Made by a program: the position numbers and the translations under genes. This document shows, in pieces, positions 29,951 to 40,544 of a stretch of 64,000 nt of DNA. Under the pieces are notes generated by a model. That model had not been told where the DNA came from, did not search any database, and saw nothing but the letters and a program-made list of their open reading frames with translations. Source of the stretch: Oscillospiraceae bacterium (GTDB lineage Bacteria; Bacillota; Clostridia; Oscillospirales; CAG-272); assembly GCA_015064285.1 (NCBI GenBank), contig SVSN01000004.1, positions 23,350 through 87,349 on the forward strand. Direction: 5' to 3'. How positions within the stretch are numbered: position 1 is the first letter of the stretch; the number at the start of each line of letters is the position of its first letter.

Positions 29951-32484
29951 CTGCCGGTCACTATAATGGTCTCTGCCGCTTCGGCATCCATCATCAGTTT
30001 TCCGGCCTCAAAAGTAAATGGAATACTCTGCCCGTCTGCCGTCACAGACTGCACTTCCGTATAATATGGCAGTTCCAGTGTCTGCAGGGACAGCTTTCCG
30101 GTGCATACGGTCAGTGTGGTGGTGTCCGCCGTCCGTTCATACCGCCCCCATGCGGCATCTACAGCCCAGATGCTGCGGAAATCTCCGTCTACAATGGGGG
30201 AGAAGCCGATGGTCTTGTTCTGCATAGCAAAGCGGTAACCGCTCCATATGGGCATCAGCGCGAAGCTTGCCATACTGCGGGCATAGTTGGAACCGCATTC
30301 GATTTCGTTCCAGGGGTTCCGGTTGTATCCTCTGTACCGGTCGCGGATGGCTTTTACAATGGCTGTTCCTTCCTCGATCATCCCTTCGGAAATCATCAGT
30401 CCGGCAAGCGCATATTCAAAGCCATGCATGGATTCCTGCGCATAGGGAATCGGAATGGCGGGAGTTACCACATCCTTCGGATAGGAGCAGATGATGGCAC
30501 CCGCTTCATCATTCAGGGCAAAGAGCCGGAATGTGTTGTAATGGGAACGCATATCCGGCAGGAAATTGTTCTCATACAGACTCCGCAGGGCGGTGTGCAG
30601 CTGTTCCTTATCGTAGATTTCGCCGATGCCGCAGAGGTTGGCGTGCCACTGAGCAAGGCACTGGTCAATGATGCATCCGTCGCCGATCTGGTACTTGATT
30701 TCCCCGGATTCGCTGTTCCAGTAGTTGTCCGCACCAAAGGCATCCACCACGGATTTGTCGGTCAATGCAACCTTCTGGGCATACCAGCGTCCGTTGAACA
30801 GGTTCTCGTCGCACCACTTCTTCCCGGCTTCGTACAGGGCACGGTATTCTGCAGCGGTATCCGGTTCTCCCATCCGCTCAGCCATTTCCGCACCGCAGAG
30901 CAGAGCCGCCAGATAGAAGCCTTCCAGCCAGGATGAGGGGCCGAACAGTTCCATATCGAGAGTATGGTGCTGTCTGCCTTCCATCACACCGTCTTTGTCC
31001 GCATCCCAGCGGTCGGGGTTATGTTCACTCCATGCATACTCGATGGACTTTTTCACAGCAGGCCACAGTTTTTGCAGCCAGTTGTCATCCCCAAGCAGCT
31101 TCCATTCTCTGTAGGTCTTGATGACACCGCCCATCTGTCCGTCCACACAGGCACGGAAACCGCCCCGTTCTCTGCCCAGCGGCAGGGTCATCCGGAAGCT
31201 CATTCTGCCGTATTCATCCTGATTATAGGCAAAGTCGGTTTCCCGGATGGAACGCTCCAGATTCGGGAACAGGAAGCACAGGGCGTAAGCGTAGTTCCAC
31301 ACATGGGTACAGGTACCCTCGCAGGAACCATGGTTTGTCCAGACCCCTTCCCATCCGTAGAATTCGCCGTTTTCCAGCCGCAGTACCGTGGGTGACTTCA
31401 GTACAGAAGTGGTAGCGGAGATGGCTTCGATCACCTCTTCCGGCAGAGTGGAGGCAAACAGTTCGTCGTGATACTGCTTTGTGCCATTCCACAGTCTGTC
31501 CCATTCTTTCAGGGCGTAGGCGGCAGAAGCATAAGAGTTCTCAAACAGGGTGGCATAATAGTTCTTCCACGTCACATCCACTTCATTGCCGTTTTCATCC
31601 TTTTTGGTGTACCGGCTCCAATAGTTGACACAGTTTGGGCGGCTCCAGGAAATCACGTATCGGAAGTGCACGGTTTCCCCGGGTGCTGCGGTGCATTTGA
31701 CGGCCAGGTTTGCCATATCGCCGTTGCCGGGAGTATCGTAAACACGGTTTTCATAGGTATACTGCTCTGTAAAATTACGCCAGTACCGTTCCAGACCGTC
31801 ATGCCATCCGCCACGATACCAGTACTGCTGGTAAGATACCTGACCTGTGGTATCGGCGGCAAGGGTCAGATCCCCATACACCGGATGATCCGGCGCAAAT
31901 TTCACCTGCCGCAGGAACATGGCATGGATACTGCCGTCTGTCCGGTACTCGTTTACGGATTCGCCTGCCGGATCACCGCCATAGGGATTGCGCAAAGCAG
32001 CCCCCACGGTATATTCAAGCGTATCTTCGGTGGTATTGGTTACGGCATAATCAAAGAAAGCGGCAGGAATGCTGGAATCCTTGTCATTCAGCGGAATGAG
32101 CGGACTCCATGCAGTCAGTCGGATGGTACCGGGGAAGCATTCGTCCGCAAAATCCACTTCCGCAATGGGAAATTCCCCGGTAAAGGTACAGTTCCGGAAA
32201 TGGGGGAAGCCTGCCATGGTAGCCGCAGACAAACCATCGCCGCCGCCCGTCAGTCCGGTGTTCACATCTCCGTTGATCACACGGGCATCCAGCAGTTCCC
32301 CGTTTTTCATGGCTTTGATGGCAAAATGGGAATTGCCGTTCAGACTGCCCTTGGCAGGACGGTTGTAGATTTCCCAGTCAATCAGCCGTCCGTTTCCGGC
32401 AAGACCGATGCACCCGGCGCCGATTCCGCCCAGCGGGAAGGATATTTCATTCAGCTCGTTTCCGCTAAATATAGTACGTTTCAT
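29947..32484 (-). CDS. Glycoside hydrolase family 116 (beta-glucosidase/xylosidase, GBA2-like)
   Basis: FPLGGIGAG, YGWEG, CTHVWNY, QHHTLD and ECGSNYARSM motifs. Confidence 0.9.
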   Translation of the reverse strand: MKRTIFSGNELNEISFPLGGIGAGCIGLAGNGRLIDWEIYNRPAKGSLNGNSHFAIKAMKNGELLDARVINGDVNTGLTGGGDGLSAATMAGFPHFRNCTFTGEFPIAEVDFADECFPGTIRLTAWSPLIPLNDKDSSIPAAFFDYAVTNTTEDTLEYTVGAALRNPYGGDPAGESVNEYRTDGSIHAMFLRQVKFAPDHPVYGDLTLAADTTGQVSYQQYWYRGGWHDGLERYWRNFTEQYTYENRVYDTPGNGDMANLAVKCTAAPGETVHFRYVISWSRPNCVNYWSRYTKKDENGNEVDVTWKNYYATLFENSYASAAYALKEWDRLWNGTKQYHDELFASTLPEEVIEAISATTSVLKSPTVLRLENGEFYGWEGVWTNHGSCEGTCTHVWNYAYALCFLFPNLERSIRETDFAYNQDEYGRMSFRMTLPLGRERGGFRACVDGQMGGVIKTYREWKLLGDDNWLQKLWPAVKKSIEYAWSEHNPDRWDADKDGVMEGRQHHTLDMELFGPSSWLEGFYLAALLCGAEMAERMGEPDTAAEYRALYEAGKKWCDENLFNGRWYAQKVALTDKSVVDAFGADNYWNSESGEIKYQIGDGCIIDQCLAQWHANLCGIGEIYDKEQLHTALRSLYENNFLPDMRSHYNTFRLFALNDEAGAIICSYPKDVVTPAIPIPYAQESMHGFEYALAGLMISEGMIEEGTAIVKAIRDRYRGYNRNPWNEIECGSNYARSMASFALMPIWSGYRFAMQNKTIGFSPIVDGDFRSIWAVDAAWGRYERTADTTTLTVCTGKLSLQTLELPYYTEVQSVTADGQSIPFTFEAGKLMMDAEAAETIIVTGR

Positions 32485-32649
32485 ATACGCCTCCTCGTTT
32501 CAGACTGCATAGTTATTCATGTTAACCATATTATACCGGGATTTTGGGGATTTGTAAAGACAAAACGCAAAAAAATTCCGCCGCAATGTGAGTCTTACTG
32601 TATAAGATACACTGCGGCAGATTTTTTATCCCAAAGTAGTATAAACTTC

Positions 32650-34962
32650 TCAGCTGTTTTCCGCCAGATACAGAGATACTCTGCTCTGGATCATGGAGGC
32701 ACAGTCAGCGGCAGGCTTGTTTCCGTCCAGATAGGCAGACAGCTCTTCATTGATGATATTCAGTACATCCTCCGGCAGGGTGGTGTTGGTCATGGGAGCA
32801 CCGACCGTATCCAGGAAAGTTTCGATATGTGCCCAGTCTGCGTCGGTCAGCCGGAACACTTCACCGTTTTCCAGTTCACTTTCATCCGGTGTATAGCCGG
32901 AACCCCAGGACATACCGCCGTCATAGTGGACAATGAACGTGGTATCCTTGTATTCCTCTTTCATGGCTTCCAGATAGGAGCGCAGCATGGGAATTCCGTC
33001 ACTGCCGCGCATTTCGTCCGCTGAATTGCTGCTGATTACTGCATCCCGTATGAAGTTCCAGCAGAGCTCCGGATTGGCTGTGTCTGCCAGAATGGTGAAG
33101 GTGTTGATATAGCTGTTCAGCCGTACACCGCTGTATCCGTCACTGACAGGCGTACCGATCCATGCAGTATTGTCTTCGCCGAAATATACTTTTTCTTCCA
33201 GGAAGGAATTGACACCATGGTAGTACATAGTCGCTGCTGCCACTTTTCCGGTTTTGTAAGGGCCGTAGCGGTCTTCATTCTGGGTCATATAATAATCATC
33301 CGGCAGTTCTTTCGGCATCGTCTTCAGAAATTCCAGATAGGCAATAAACGCATCCCCGTCAAAGGAACACTTTCCTGCTTCCATATCAATGAATGCCGCA
33401 TAACCGCCTTCTCCCAGCAGGTTATATGCTGCGGAATTCTGTGTCATACCGGTCATGAATTCCACACCCTCCGGCAGATTCTTTATAAAGTCCACCATTT
33501 CTTCCACCGTCCAGCTGTCACGGTTTCCTACCATGGATTTGTTGGCAATGACCGTATTCAGGCTGATGGACATGGGCAGGCCGTACAGCTTACCATCCCG
33601 CTGAAAGGTATTTTTCACACATCCCAGCAGATCGCTCTCCGGCAGCTTTGCATCGGTTTTCAGGAAGGTGTACAGATCCAGAAACAGATCGTTTTCCAGC
33701 ACCGCCCGGTACCCGGCATCCCGGTAATAACCGCAGATCATATCCGGGTGGTACAGACCGTTCAGAATATCACTGGCCAGCTTTGTATTCCCGGCGTCCG
33801 GATTATCTTCCGTGTTGTACCGGCTGTAATCTGTGGTAACAATCCGGGCATCGGTGTGGTTCCGGTTGAATGCCACTACCAGTGTGGGAACATCATAATG
33901 GTTGGCGGTCATAGCCAGCTCAAGTACCTGAATCTGACTCAGGTCAATATCATCTGCCTTATTGAATACCCCGAACCTGCGATCCCATGTGATCCGGTCA
34001 TAGTACTGCAGCAGGAAACTGTCCGCATCTACCACCTTTACCATATCCAGATCTCCGGTGATATCGGAGTTTTCAAAATGCATCAGCAGAGTTCCGTCCG
34101 TGTCTCCGGTGTTATAACCGTAAATACCGGTTTCGTTGTAGTAATATACTTCATAAGAAGGCCCGAAGAAAAAGCTGTCCGCACGGATATTTTCCGGAAG
34201 CGTGATCGGCTCGCCGATGGTTTTATTCCCCCGGTCAATGGGGGCAAACACCTGTCCGCTGGTTCCGGTGACTTCATTGTAGCTCCAGTAGCTGACGTAG
34301 ATACTGCCGTCTGTACTGGTATCCACACTGTTGATCCAGTTATCGGTCATGATCGTGCATTCCAGTGTCAGATCCGGCTTCAGCACGGCGATTTCCTGCT
34401 CGGCAATCAGATATGTATACCCTTCCCCATCCCGGCAGATGTAATTCATATAGAAGTATTCATTGGCGCTGGAGAAAAACGATGCCAGATTCTCCAGTGT
34501 CTGCACAGTTCCGTCGTCCATATTGATTTCCAGTGAAAAGGAGGACTGCATAGTAGTCTCGTCCCACCTGTTGTCCAGAATCATGTAACCGCCGTCAAAG
34601 AGTGCCATAGTATTCACATACTCCCGGCCTTCGATCTTCTCCACTTTCAGTTCTCCGCCATCCATGGGGGAATAGCAAAGTACAGGGTACTGTTCGTAGA
34701 AATAGTCTTCCGATTCCCAGTCCCCTTCTTCATGATAATAGCTGCCGAGAAATACAAAACAGTCATCCTTGATCCCAAGATAATCCTGCACATAATATTC
34801 CTCCGACAGTTCCAGATCCTCCCCCTTATATACGTGGGTCAGTACAACAGGCTTCTCAATCTGTTCCCCTTCTGCTATATCGTTGTTTTTCCCGCAGCCA
34901 TGCAGTGTTCCTGCCGCCAGCAGTCCTGCCAGGAACAGTATCATCCCCTTTTTTCTATTCAT
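32650..34962 (-). CDS. Large extracellular solute-binding lipoprotein with an extra N-terminal beta-rich domain
   Basis: Lipobox LHGC; C-terminal SBP-like domain (DGKLYGLP ... IQSRVSLYLAE); start at 34962 after GGAGG. Confidence 0.75.
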   Translation of the reverse strand: MNRKKGMILFLAGLLAAGTLHGCGKNNDIAEGEQIEKPVVLTHVYKGEDLELSEEYYVQDYLGIKDDCFVFLGSYYHEEGDWESEDYFYEQYPVLCYSPMDGGELKVEKIEGREYVNTMALFDGGYMILDNRWDETTMQSSFSLEINMDDGTVQTLENLASFFSSANEYFYMNYICRDGEGYTYLIAEQEIAVLKPDLTLECTIMTDNWINSVDTSTDGSIYVSYWSYNEVTGTSGQVFAPIDRGNKTIGEPITLPENIRADSFFFGPSYEVYYYNETGIYGYNTGDTDGTLLMHFENSDITGDLDMVKVVDADSFLLQYYDRITWDRRFGVFNKADDIDLSQIQVLELAMTANHYDVPTLVVAFNRNHTDARIVTTDYSRYNTEDNPDAGNTKLASDILNGLYHPDMICGYYRDAGYRAVLENDLFLDLYTFLKTDAKLPESDLLGCVKNTFQRDGKLYGLPMSISLNTVIANKSMVGNRDSWTVEEMVDFIKNLPEGVEFMTGMTQNSAAYNLLGEGGYAAFIDMEAGKCSFDGDAFIAYLEFLKTMPKELPDDYYMTQNEDRYGPYKTGKVAAATMYYHGVNSFLEEKVYFGEDNTAWIGTPVSDGYSGVRLNSYINTFTILADTANPELCWNFIRDAVISSNSADEMRGSDGIPMLRSYLEAMKEEYKDTTFIVHYDGGMSWGSGYTPDESELENGEVFRLTDADWAHIETFLDTVGAPMTNTTLPEDVLNIINEELSAYLDGNKPAADCASMIQSRVSLYLAENS

Positions 34963-35276
34963 AATAATCCTCCCTGCAGATGTTTCTGTATATGGAATCC
35001 ATGCCGTTTCAAATGACACATGAAGTATATCTGAATGTATTGTATCACATCGTTTCGACATTTGCAATACTTATTATCGTATCTTAATAAATCTTCAGGA
35101 AATCTTAATCTTCTGTTTTGTTTTCCGGCTCTGGCATTATACAGCCAAAAGCTACATATGTACTTTTAATACTAATTATCAATTTTTATTATCTTTTTAT
35201 TTATCTCTATTGACGATTTTGTAAAAACATGATATAATTCAGTTAACCTTAATAACCAAGTATTCAGGAGGTAATT

Positions 35277-36800
35277 ATGCGGCATTCCAGATTTTTGATC
35301 TGCCTGTTGGCAGCACTGTTGATCGTTCCGAACTTTGCATCTTGTTCGGACAAAGGAGGAAACGAAACCACCTCTGATACAGCTTCTGCCGTGGACACAA
35401 GTCCTGCAGAAGAAACAGAAGAAGTGGATCCCTTTGCTGGTTTTGATTATGAAGGACGGGATTTCCGGATCTGGACCAGTATTAATGCGGCTGCTGTTTC
35501 TCTTGGGAATTCCAACTATATGATCCAGGGACCTGAAGAACTGACAGGGGATGCGGCACCGGATGCTGCATATGAACGGAACCTGAAAGTGCAGGAACTG
35601 CTGAATGTAAACTTCCAGTACGAACAGCTGGACAACCGGTACGACCAGGTCAAGGAAACCGTCCGGAAATTCGTGATGGCAGGGGATAATGTATATGAGC
35701 TGATCATCAACGATATGTACGGTACAGCATCCCTGACACTGGAGAATATGTTCTATAATGTCCTGGACGGCAAGCATTTCGATTTCTCCCAGCCCTGGTG
35801 GTACGATGATTTCATGAGCGATGTTTCCATCAACTCCAACTACCAGTTCATGCTGGGCGGTGACTATTTCATCGACATTCTCCGCTGCTCTCATTGTCTG
35901 TTCTACAACAAGTCCCTGTATGAAAAGATGTACGGAGACAGTGACGGACTGTATGACATCGTTCTGGCAGGTGACTGGACGCTGGAAAAGCTGAACCAGG
36001 TTATGGAAGAATCCTATCTGGATCTGAACGGTAACGGAGAAAAGGATATTGACGACCAGTTCGGCTATGTTTCCTTTGAAATCTGGGGTTCCATGATTCC
36101 CTTCCTGATCAGTTCCGATCCCAACTACATCGACCGCGACGACCATGGATATCCCTATATCACCATGAACAACGAACAGTCCATTCTGCTTCTGGATGAG
36201 CTGTATGATCTGTATGTGGAAGGCGATGGTGCCTGGGTAGCCAACGGCATCACCGAAGAGATTGCCGTAACCACCTTCACCTCCGGCAGATCCATGTTCG
36301 TTGGTTATCAGAGACTGGGTTCTCTGGAAAACGCCACCGTACGTGAAATGGAAGACGGTCTGGGCGTAATTCCCTATCCCAAGCTCAGCGATCAGCAGGA
36401 ATGGTACATCACCAGTACCCACGACACCTGCGAAATCGGTCTGATCCCCATGACTGTAGCACCCGATGATCTGGATTACATCAGTGCCGTTGTGGAAGTA
36501 CTTTGCCGGGAAACATACAGATCGGTTCTGCCGGTTTACTATGAATCTTCCCTGAAGATGAAGTACACCCGCGATGACACCTCTGCCCAGATGATCGATA
36601 TCGTACACGACAACATCGGTAACTCCTTCGCTATGGCATACAATCCCTCTCTGAATGAAATCTTCCTGAGCGGTACATTCAGCACAGACAATATCTCCGC
36701 AGGAAAAAAAGATTTCGCTTCCTCCTATGCCAAGAGAGAACCGGCTGCCATTGCCAATCTGCAGAAAATCATCGAAGATTTCGAAGCAAAAACAAACTGA
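35277..36800 (+). CDS. Extracellular solute-binding lipoprotein (carbohydrate ABC type)
   Basis: Lipobox FASC, Thr/Glu-rich linker, FSQPWW, GDWTLEKL and GVIPYPK motifs; TTGACG-N17-TATAAT promoter at 35210-35238. Confidence 0.8.
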   Translation: MRHSRFLICLLAALLIVPNFASCSDKGGNETTSDTASAVDTSPAEETEEVDPFAGFDYEGRDFRIWTSINAAAVSLGNSNYMIQGPEELTGDAAPDAAYERNLKVQELLNVNFQYEQLDNRYDQVKETVRKFVMAGDNVYELIINDMYGTASLTLENMFYNVLDGKHFDFSQPWWYDDFMSDVSINSNYQFMLGGDYFIDILRCSHCLFYNKSLYEKMYGDSDGLYDIVLAGDWTLEKLNQVMEESYLDLNGNGEKDIDDQFGYVSFEIWGSMIPFLISSDPNYIDRDDHGYPYITMNNEQSILLLDELYDLYVEGDGAWVANGITEEIAVTTFTSGRSMFVGYQRLGSLENATVREMEDGLGVIPYPKLSDQQEWYITSTHDTCEIGLIPMTVAPDDLDYISAVVEVLCRETYRSVLPVYYESSLKMKYTRDDTSAQMIDIVHDNIGNSFAMAYNPSLNEIFLSGTFSTDNISAGKKDFASSYAKREPAAIANLQKIIEDFEAKTN

Positions 36801-36887
36801 AACAAAAAAGGACAGGGTTCAGGCTCTGTCCTTTCTTTTTTCATAAAAACAAAAAGCATGGCGTTTTATACCATGCTTTCTTTTTTA

Positions 36888-37334
36888 TCAGTACAGCAGA
36901 TTGGTGTATATGTAGTATACCGCAAACAGCACACTGGCAATTACCATGGCGGAGACGATCATCATCATGGTCAGATACTTGTACAGCAGAACAACTGCAA
37001 ACAGGAACAGACACAGGGCAAACAGCATAGCAGGTGTCATGTAGTAGCGTCGTGTATCTACTTTCTTTACCAGAGACCATACGAAATATCCAAGAGATAC
37101 AGCACATACGGCACCGAATACCCATGTCAGCCAGGGACATACACTGAACACAAAAGTAAACTCTCTGGTGGAATCGGCACGAACGAAATCCAGAAGACTG
37201 CCAATGATGATATCCGCCAGCAGGATGATCAGTACGCGGAAAGTCACCACTGTCATCGCTTCTTCCTTTGACAGGCGCTTACCGCTTGTATTGTTATTCA
37301 TGATCGAATTATGCTTCGCCATATCCATTTTCAT
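36888..37334 (-). CDS. Hypothetical 4-TM membrane protein
   Basis: Four hydrophobic segments; downstream hairpin terminator. Confidence 0.7.
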   Translation of the reverse strand: MKMDMAKHNSIMNNNTSGKRLSKEEAMTVVTFRVLIILLADIIIGSLLDFVRADSTREFTFVFSVCPWLTWVFGAVCAVSLGYFVWSLVKKVDTRRYYMTPAMLFALCLFLFAVVLLYKYLTMMMIVSAMVIASVLFAVYYIYTNLLY

Positions 37335-37397
37335 GTGACCGCATCCGGAGATGGGTCGCTCCTTTCCAGTGAGAACAATTTATGTGGACAGATGTAT

Positions 37398-38141
37398 TTA
37401 CAATTCATAGATTGCCGAAAGGCAGGACAACACGAACAGCGCCGCTGTTTCTGTACGCAGAATCCGTTTTCCCAGACCGCACATCCGAAGTCCTGCTTCC
37501 GCAGCCGCTTCCGCTTCTCCATCGGCAAACCCACCCTCGGGTCCGACACACAGAGAAATGGTTTTCGGTGCTTCTGTTTTCCGGCAGAGAGTAGTCAGTG
37601 ATTCTGTTCCGCCGCCTTCGTAGCAGAAAAGGGCAAGATCCGCACTGGCAGCCTGCTGCATAGCTTCCTTGAAAGATACAGGCAGTGTCACCCTGGGAAT
37701 GATCCCGCGTCCACACTGTTTTGCCGCTTCATGTGCGATTTTCTGCCAGCGTTCCGTTTTCTTTCCGGCATCTTTTTCATCCAGTTTTACCACGGCACGG
37801 CTGGTGACCATGGGAACGATGACTGAAGCACCGGTTTCTACCGCTTTCTGGATAACCGTTTCCATTTTGTCGCCTTTGACAAGTGCCTGATATACAGTGG
37901 CTATGTACGGTGGTTCCGTATCGGCTGCCGACTGTTCCAGCACACGGAGAAGAACCCCTTCCCCTGCCTCCGTCAATACCGTCCGGTAAACCATACCTGC
38001 CTCATCGCAGGCAATGATTTCTTCCCCGATCCGGGTACGGAGAACATGTGTGATATGATGGGCATCCTCACCGGTAATCCGGATCAGACAGGCATCGCCG
38101 TCCGTATAAACCTGGGACGCATCAATAAAAAATCTGGGCAT
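37398..38141 (-). CDS. rsmE: 16S rRNA m3U1498 methyltransferase
   Basis: HITHVLR, EAAKQCGR, VGPEGGF and LGKRILRTETA motifs; own TTGACA-N17-TATAAT promoter at 38217-38189. Confidence 0.95.
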   Translation of the reverse strand: MPRFFIDASQVYTDGDACLIRITGEDAHHITHVLRTRIGEEIIACDEAGMVYRTVLTEAGEGVLLRVLEQSAADTEPPYIATVYQALVKGDKMETVIQKAVETGASVIVPMVTSRAVVKLDEKDAGKKTERWQKIAHEAAKQCGRGIIPRVTLPVSFKEAMQQAASADLALFCYEGGGTESLTTLCRKTEAPKTISLCVGPEGGFADGEAEAAAEAGLRMCGLGKRILRTETAALFVLSCLSAIYEL

Positions 38142-38386
38142 AACAGTCTCCCGCCAAAATACACATTCCACTGTCAGGATACCATGATATTATACACTAA
38201 AAATTCGAATTTGTCAAACCCTTTCCCCTGTTTTTTTTATTTTTTACGAAAGAAACAGAGTTTTCCTGCTTAATGTTTACATTTTGGTTACATTTACACC
38301 ACTATATTGCAGAAAAAACAGTTCCGGTCGTTCTATTTACAGAAAGCCGGAACTGCTATCTTATTCTGTCACAATCTGTTTCCGTT

Positions 38387-39319
38387 TCAGCCTCGCTTTA
38401 CAGCAGCTGCATACCAACCGTTTTCTCTGCGGTCATCGATCACCTGAAAACCGGCTTCATTCAGAGCAGCAACCGTTTCTTCCGCCCGTTCGATGATGAT
38501 ACCGGATACAATCAGCACACCATCGTCCGCCAGGTAAGCACCGATATCGGGTGCCAGCCGGATGATTACGTCCGCCACAATATTGGCAGCAGCAACCTGA
38601 TAGCCGCCTTCCACCTTTTCGGTCTGCTTCAGCAGATCGGATACGGCACACTTCACATTGGGAGTATCGTTGAGCTGGGTATTTTCCACAGCAACCTTGA
38701 CAGCCTGGGGGTCAATGTCGCAGGCAAAGCACTGAGAGGCACCCAGTTTGGCAGCACAGATCGCCAGAATCCCGGAACCGCAGCCCACGTCCAGCATAGT
38801 GCAGCCGGGAGTGACATATTGTTCCAGCAGGGCAGCGCACAGTCTGGTGGTTTCATGGGTACCGGTACCGAAGGCCATACCGGGATCCATCAGTACGGTA
38901 ATTTCATCCGGTGTGGGATCATAGGTTTCCCATACGGGTACAATCACCAGCCGGTCGCCGGTCTTGATGGGCTTATAGTACTGCTTCCAGGAGTCTGCCC
39001 AGTCTTCTTCCTTTACGCCGGTCTGAGTTACTTCTGCTTCGATCTGCAGTTCTGCCAGACGGCTGCGGATAAAGAGCAGGCTTTCTGCGGGAGATTTAAT
39101 TTCCGGAATGAAAACGGAAACTGCTGCCACAGTACGGTCAGCTTCCAGAATGGTTTCGTCGATCAGATCTCCGTACACACCATCCAGTTCTCTGTCCACG
39201 TCGGAATAGTCTTCGATCATGAGGCCGTTGTCCACCATGCTCATCACGCTTGTAACGGTGTCCAGGTCAGCCACATTGCAGGTTACCTTGATCTGGATCC
39301 AGTTCTGATTGTCAGTCAT
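38387..39319 (-). CDS. prmA: Ribosomal protein L11 methyltransferase
   Basis: DPGMAFGTGTHETT and LDVGCGSGILAI motifs; directly downstream of dnaJ. Confidence 0.96.
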   Translation of the reverse strand: MTDNQNWIQIKVTCNVADLDTVTSVMSMVDNGLMIEDYSDVDRELDGVYGDLIDETILEADRTVAAVSVFIPEIKSPAESLLFIRSRLAELQIEAEVTQTGVKEEDWADSWKQYYKPIKTGDRLVIVPVWETYDPTPDEITVLMDPGMAFGTGTHETTRLCAALLEQYVTPGCTMLDVGCGSGILAICAAKLGASQCFACDIDPQAVKVAVENTQLNDTPNVKCAVSDLLKQTEKVEGGYQVAAANIVADVIIRLAPDIGAYLADDGVLIVSGIIIERAEETVAALNEAGFQVIDDRRENGWYAAAVKRG

Positions 39320-39327
39320 AGCCTACC

Positions 39328-40452
39328 TCAATCCTTTTTGAAAAATTTCTTGAAGAACTTGGTGCGCTTGGAATAGTTTCCTTCCCCGCAGGACTCGGCA
39401 AACTTTTCCAGCAGTTCCTTCTGTTCTCTGTTCAATCCCTTAGGCACTTCCACAACCACAGTCACATGCAGATTCCCGCGGTTCTTGGAATTGACGTACT
39501 GTACGCCCTTACCACGAAGGGTAAAGGTAGTGCCGGTCTGGGTACCCTCGGGAATTTCCAGCTTCTGGGTACCTTCCAGCGTGGGAATTTCGATTTCTGC
39601 GCCAAGGGTTGCTTCCGCATAGGTAATAGGTTCTTCCAGGTACAGATCGTAGCCATCACGCTCGAATACGGCATGAGGACGGACGGAAATGATGATATTC
39701 AGATCGCCGGGGCCGCCGCCGTTTGCACCATCGCTGCCCTGTCCGCGCAGACCGATCTGCTGTCCATCATCAATACCGGCAGGAATGTTCACTTCCAGCT
39801 TCTTGGTTGCTCTGGTAAATCCACTGCCCTTGCATTCGCCGCAGGGGGTCTCTACAATCTTACCGGTACCCTTACAGTGGTCACACTGCCGTCTGGTCTG
39901 CATCATCCCCATCATGGTACGCTGCTGTACCGTCACAAAGCCGGTACCGCGGCAGTGATCACAGGTCTTGGGCGAGGTTCCCTTGGCCGCGCCGGTGCCG
40001 CTGCAGTCCGCACATTTCTGTACCTTCTGATAGGTGATTTCCTTCTTGCAGCCGAAAACTGCTTCTTCAAAAGTCAGGGTCAGGCGTACCGTGATATTGC
40101 TGCCTCTGACAGGGCCGTTTCTCTGGGTGGAACTGCCGCCGCCGAAGAAGCTGGAGAAAATATCATTGATATCAAAACCAAAGTCACCGAAACCGCCGAA
40201 ACCTGCTCCGCCGCCAGAAGCCGGATCAAAGGCCGCATGACCGTATTGGTCATATTTTGCTTTTTTATCCGGGTCAGACAGAACATCATACGCCTCGTTC
40301 ACTTCCTTGAACTTGACTTCCGCTTCTGCGTCCCCGGGATTCATGTCCGGATGGTATTTCTTTGCCAGCTGACGGTAGGCCTTTTTGATCGAAGCCTCGT
40401 CAGCGGATTTGTCAACCCCCAGAACCTCATAATAATCTCGCTTATCTGCCAT
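39328..40452 (-). CDS. dnaJ: Chaperone DnaJ
   Basis: J domain with HPD, G/F region, four CxxCxGxG repeats. Confidence 0.98.
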   Translation of the reverse strand: MADKRDYYEVLGVDKSADEASIKKAYRQLAKKYHPDMNPGDAEAEVKFKEVNEAYDVLSDPDKKAKYDQYGHAAFDPASGGGAGFGGFGDFGFDINDIFSSFFGGGSSTQRNGPVRGSNITVRLTLTFEEAVFGCKKEITYQKVQKCADCSGTGAAKGTSPKTCDHCRGTGFVTVQQRTMMGMMQTRRQCDHCKGTGKIVETPCGECKGSGFTRATKKLEVNIPAGIDDGQQIGLRGQGSDGANGGGPGDLNIIISVRPHAVFERDGYDLYLEEPITYAEATLGAEIEIPTLEGTQKLEIPEGTQTGTTFTLRGKGVQYVNSKNRGNLHVTVVVEVPKGLNREQKELLEKFAESCGEGNYSKRTKFFKKFFKKD

Positions 40453-40544
40453 AATATCCTCGTTATGTTACAGGAATGTCATAATACGGGAAATTGGGCG
40501 GAGTTGAAATCTCTTCCCCGCCCGTCATTCCGGTGAATTTTTAA

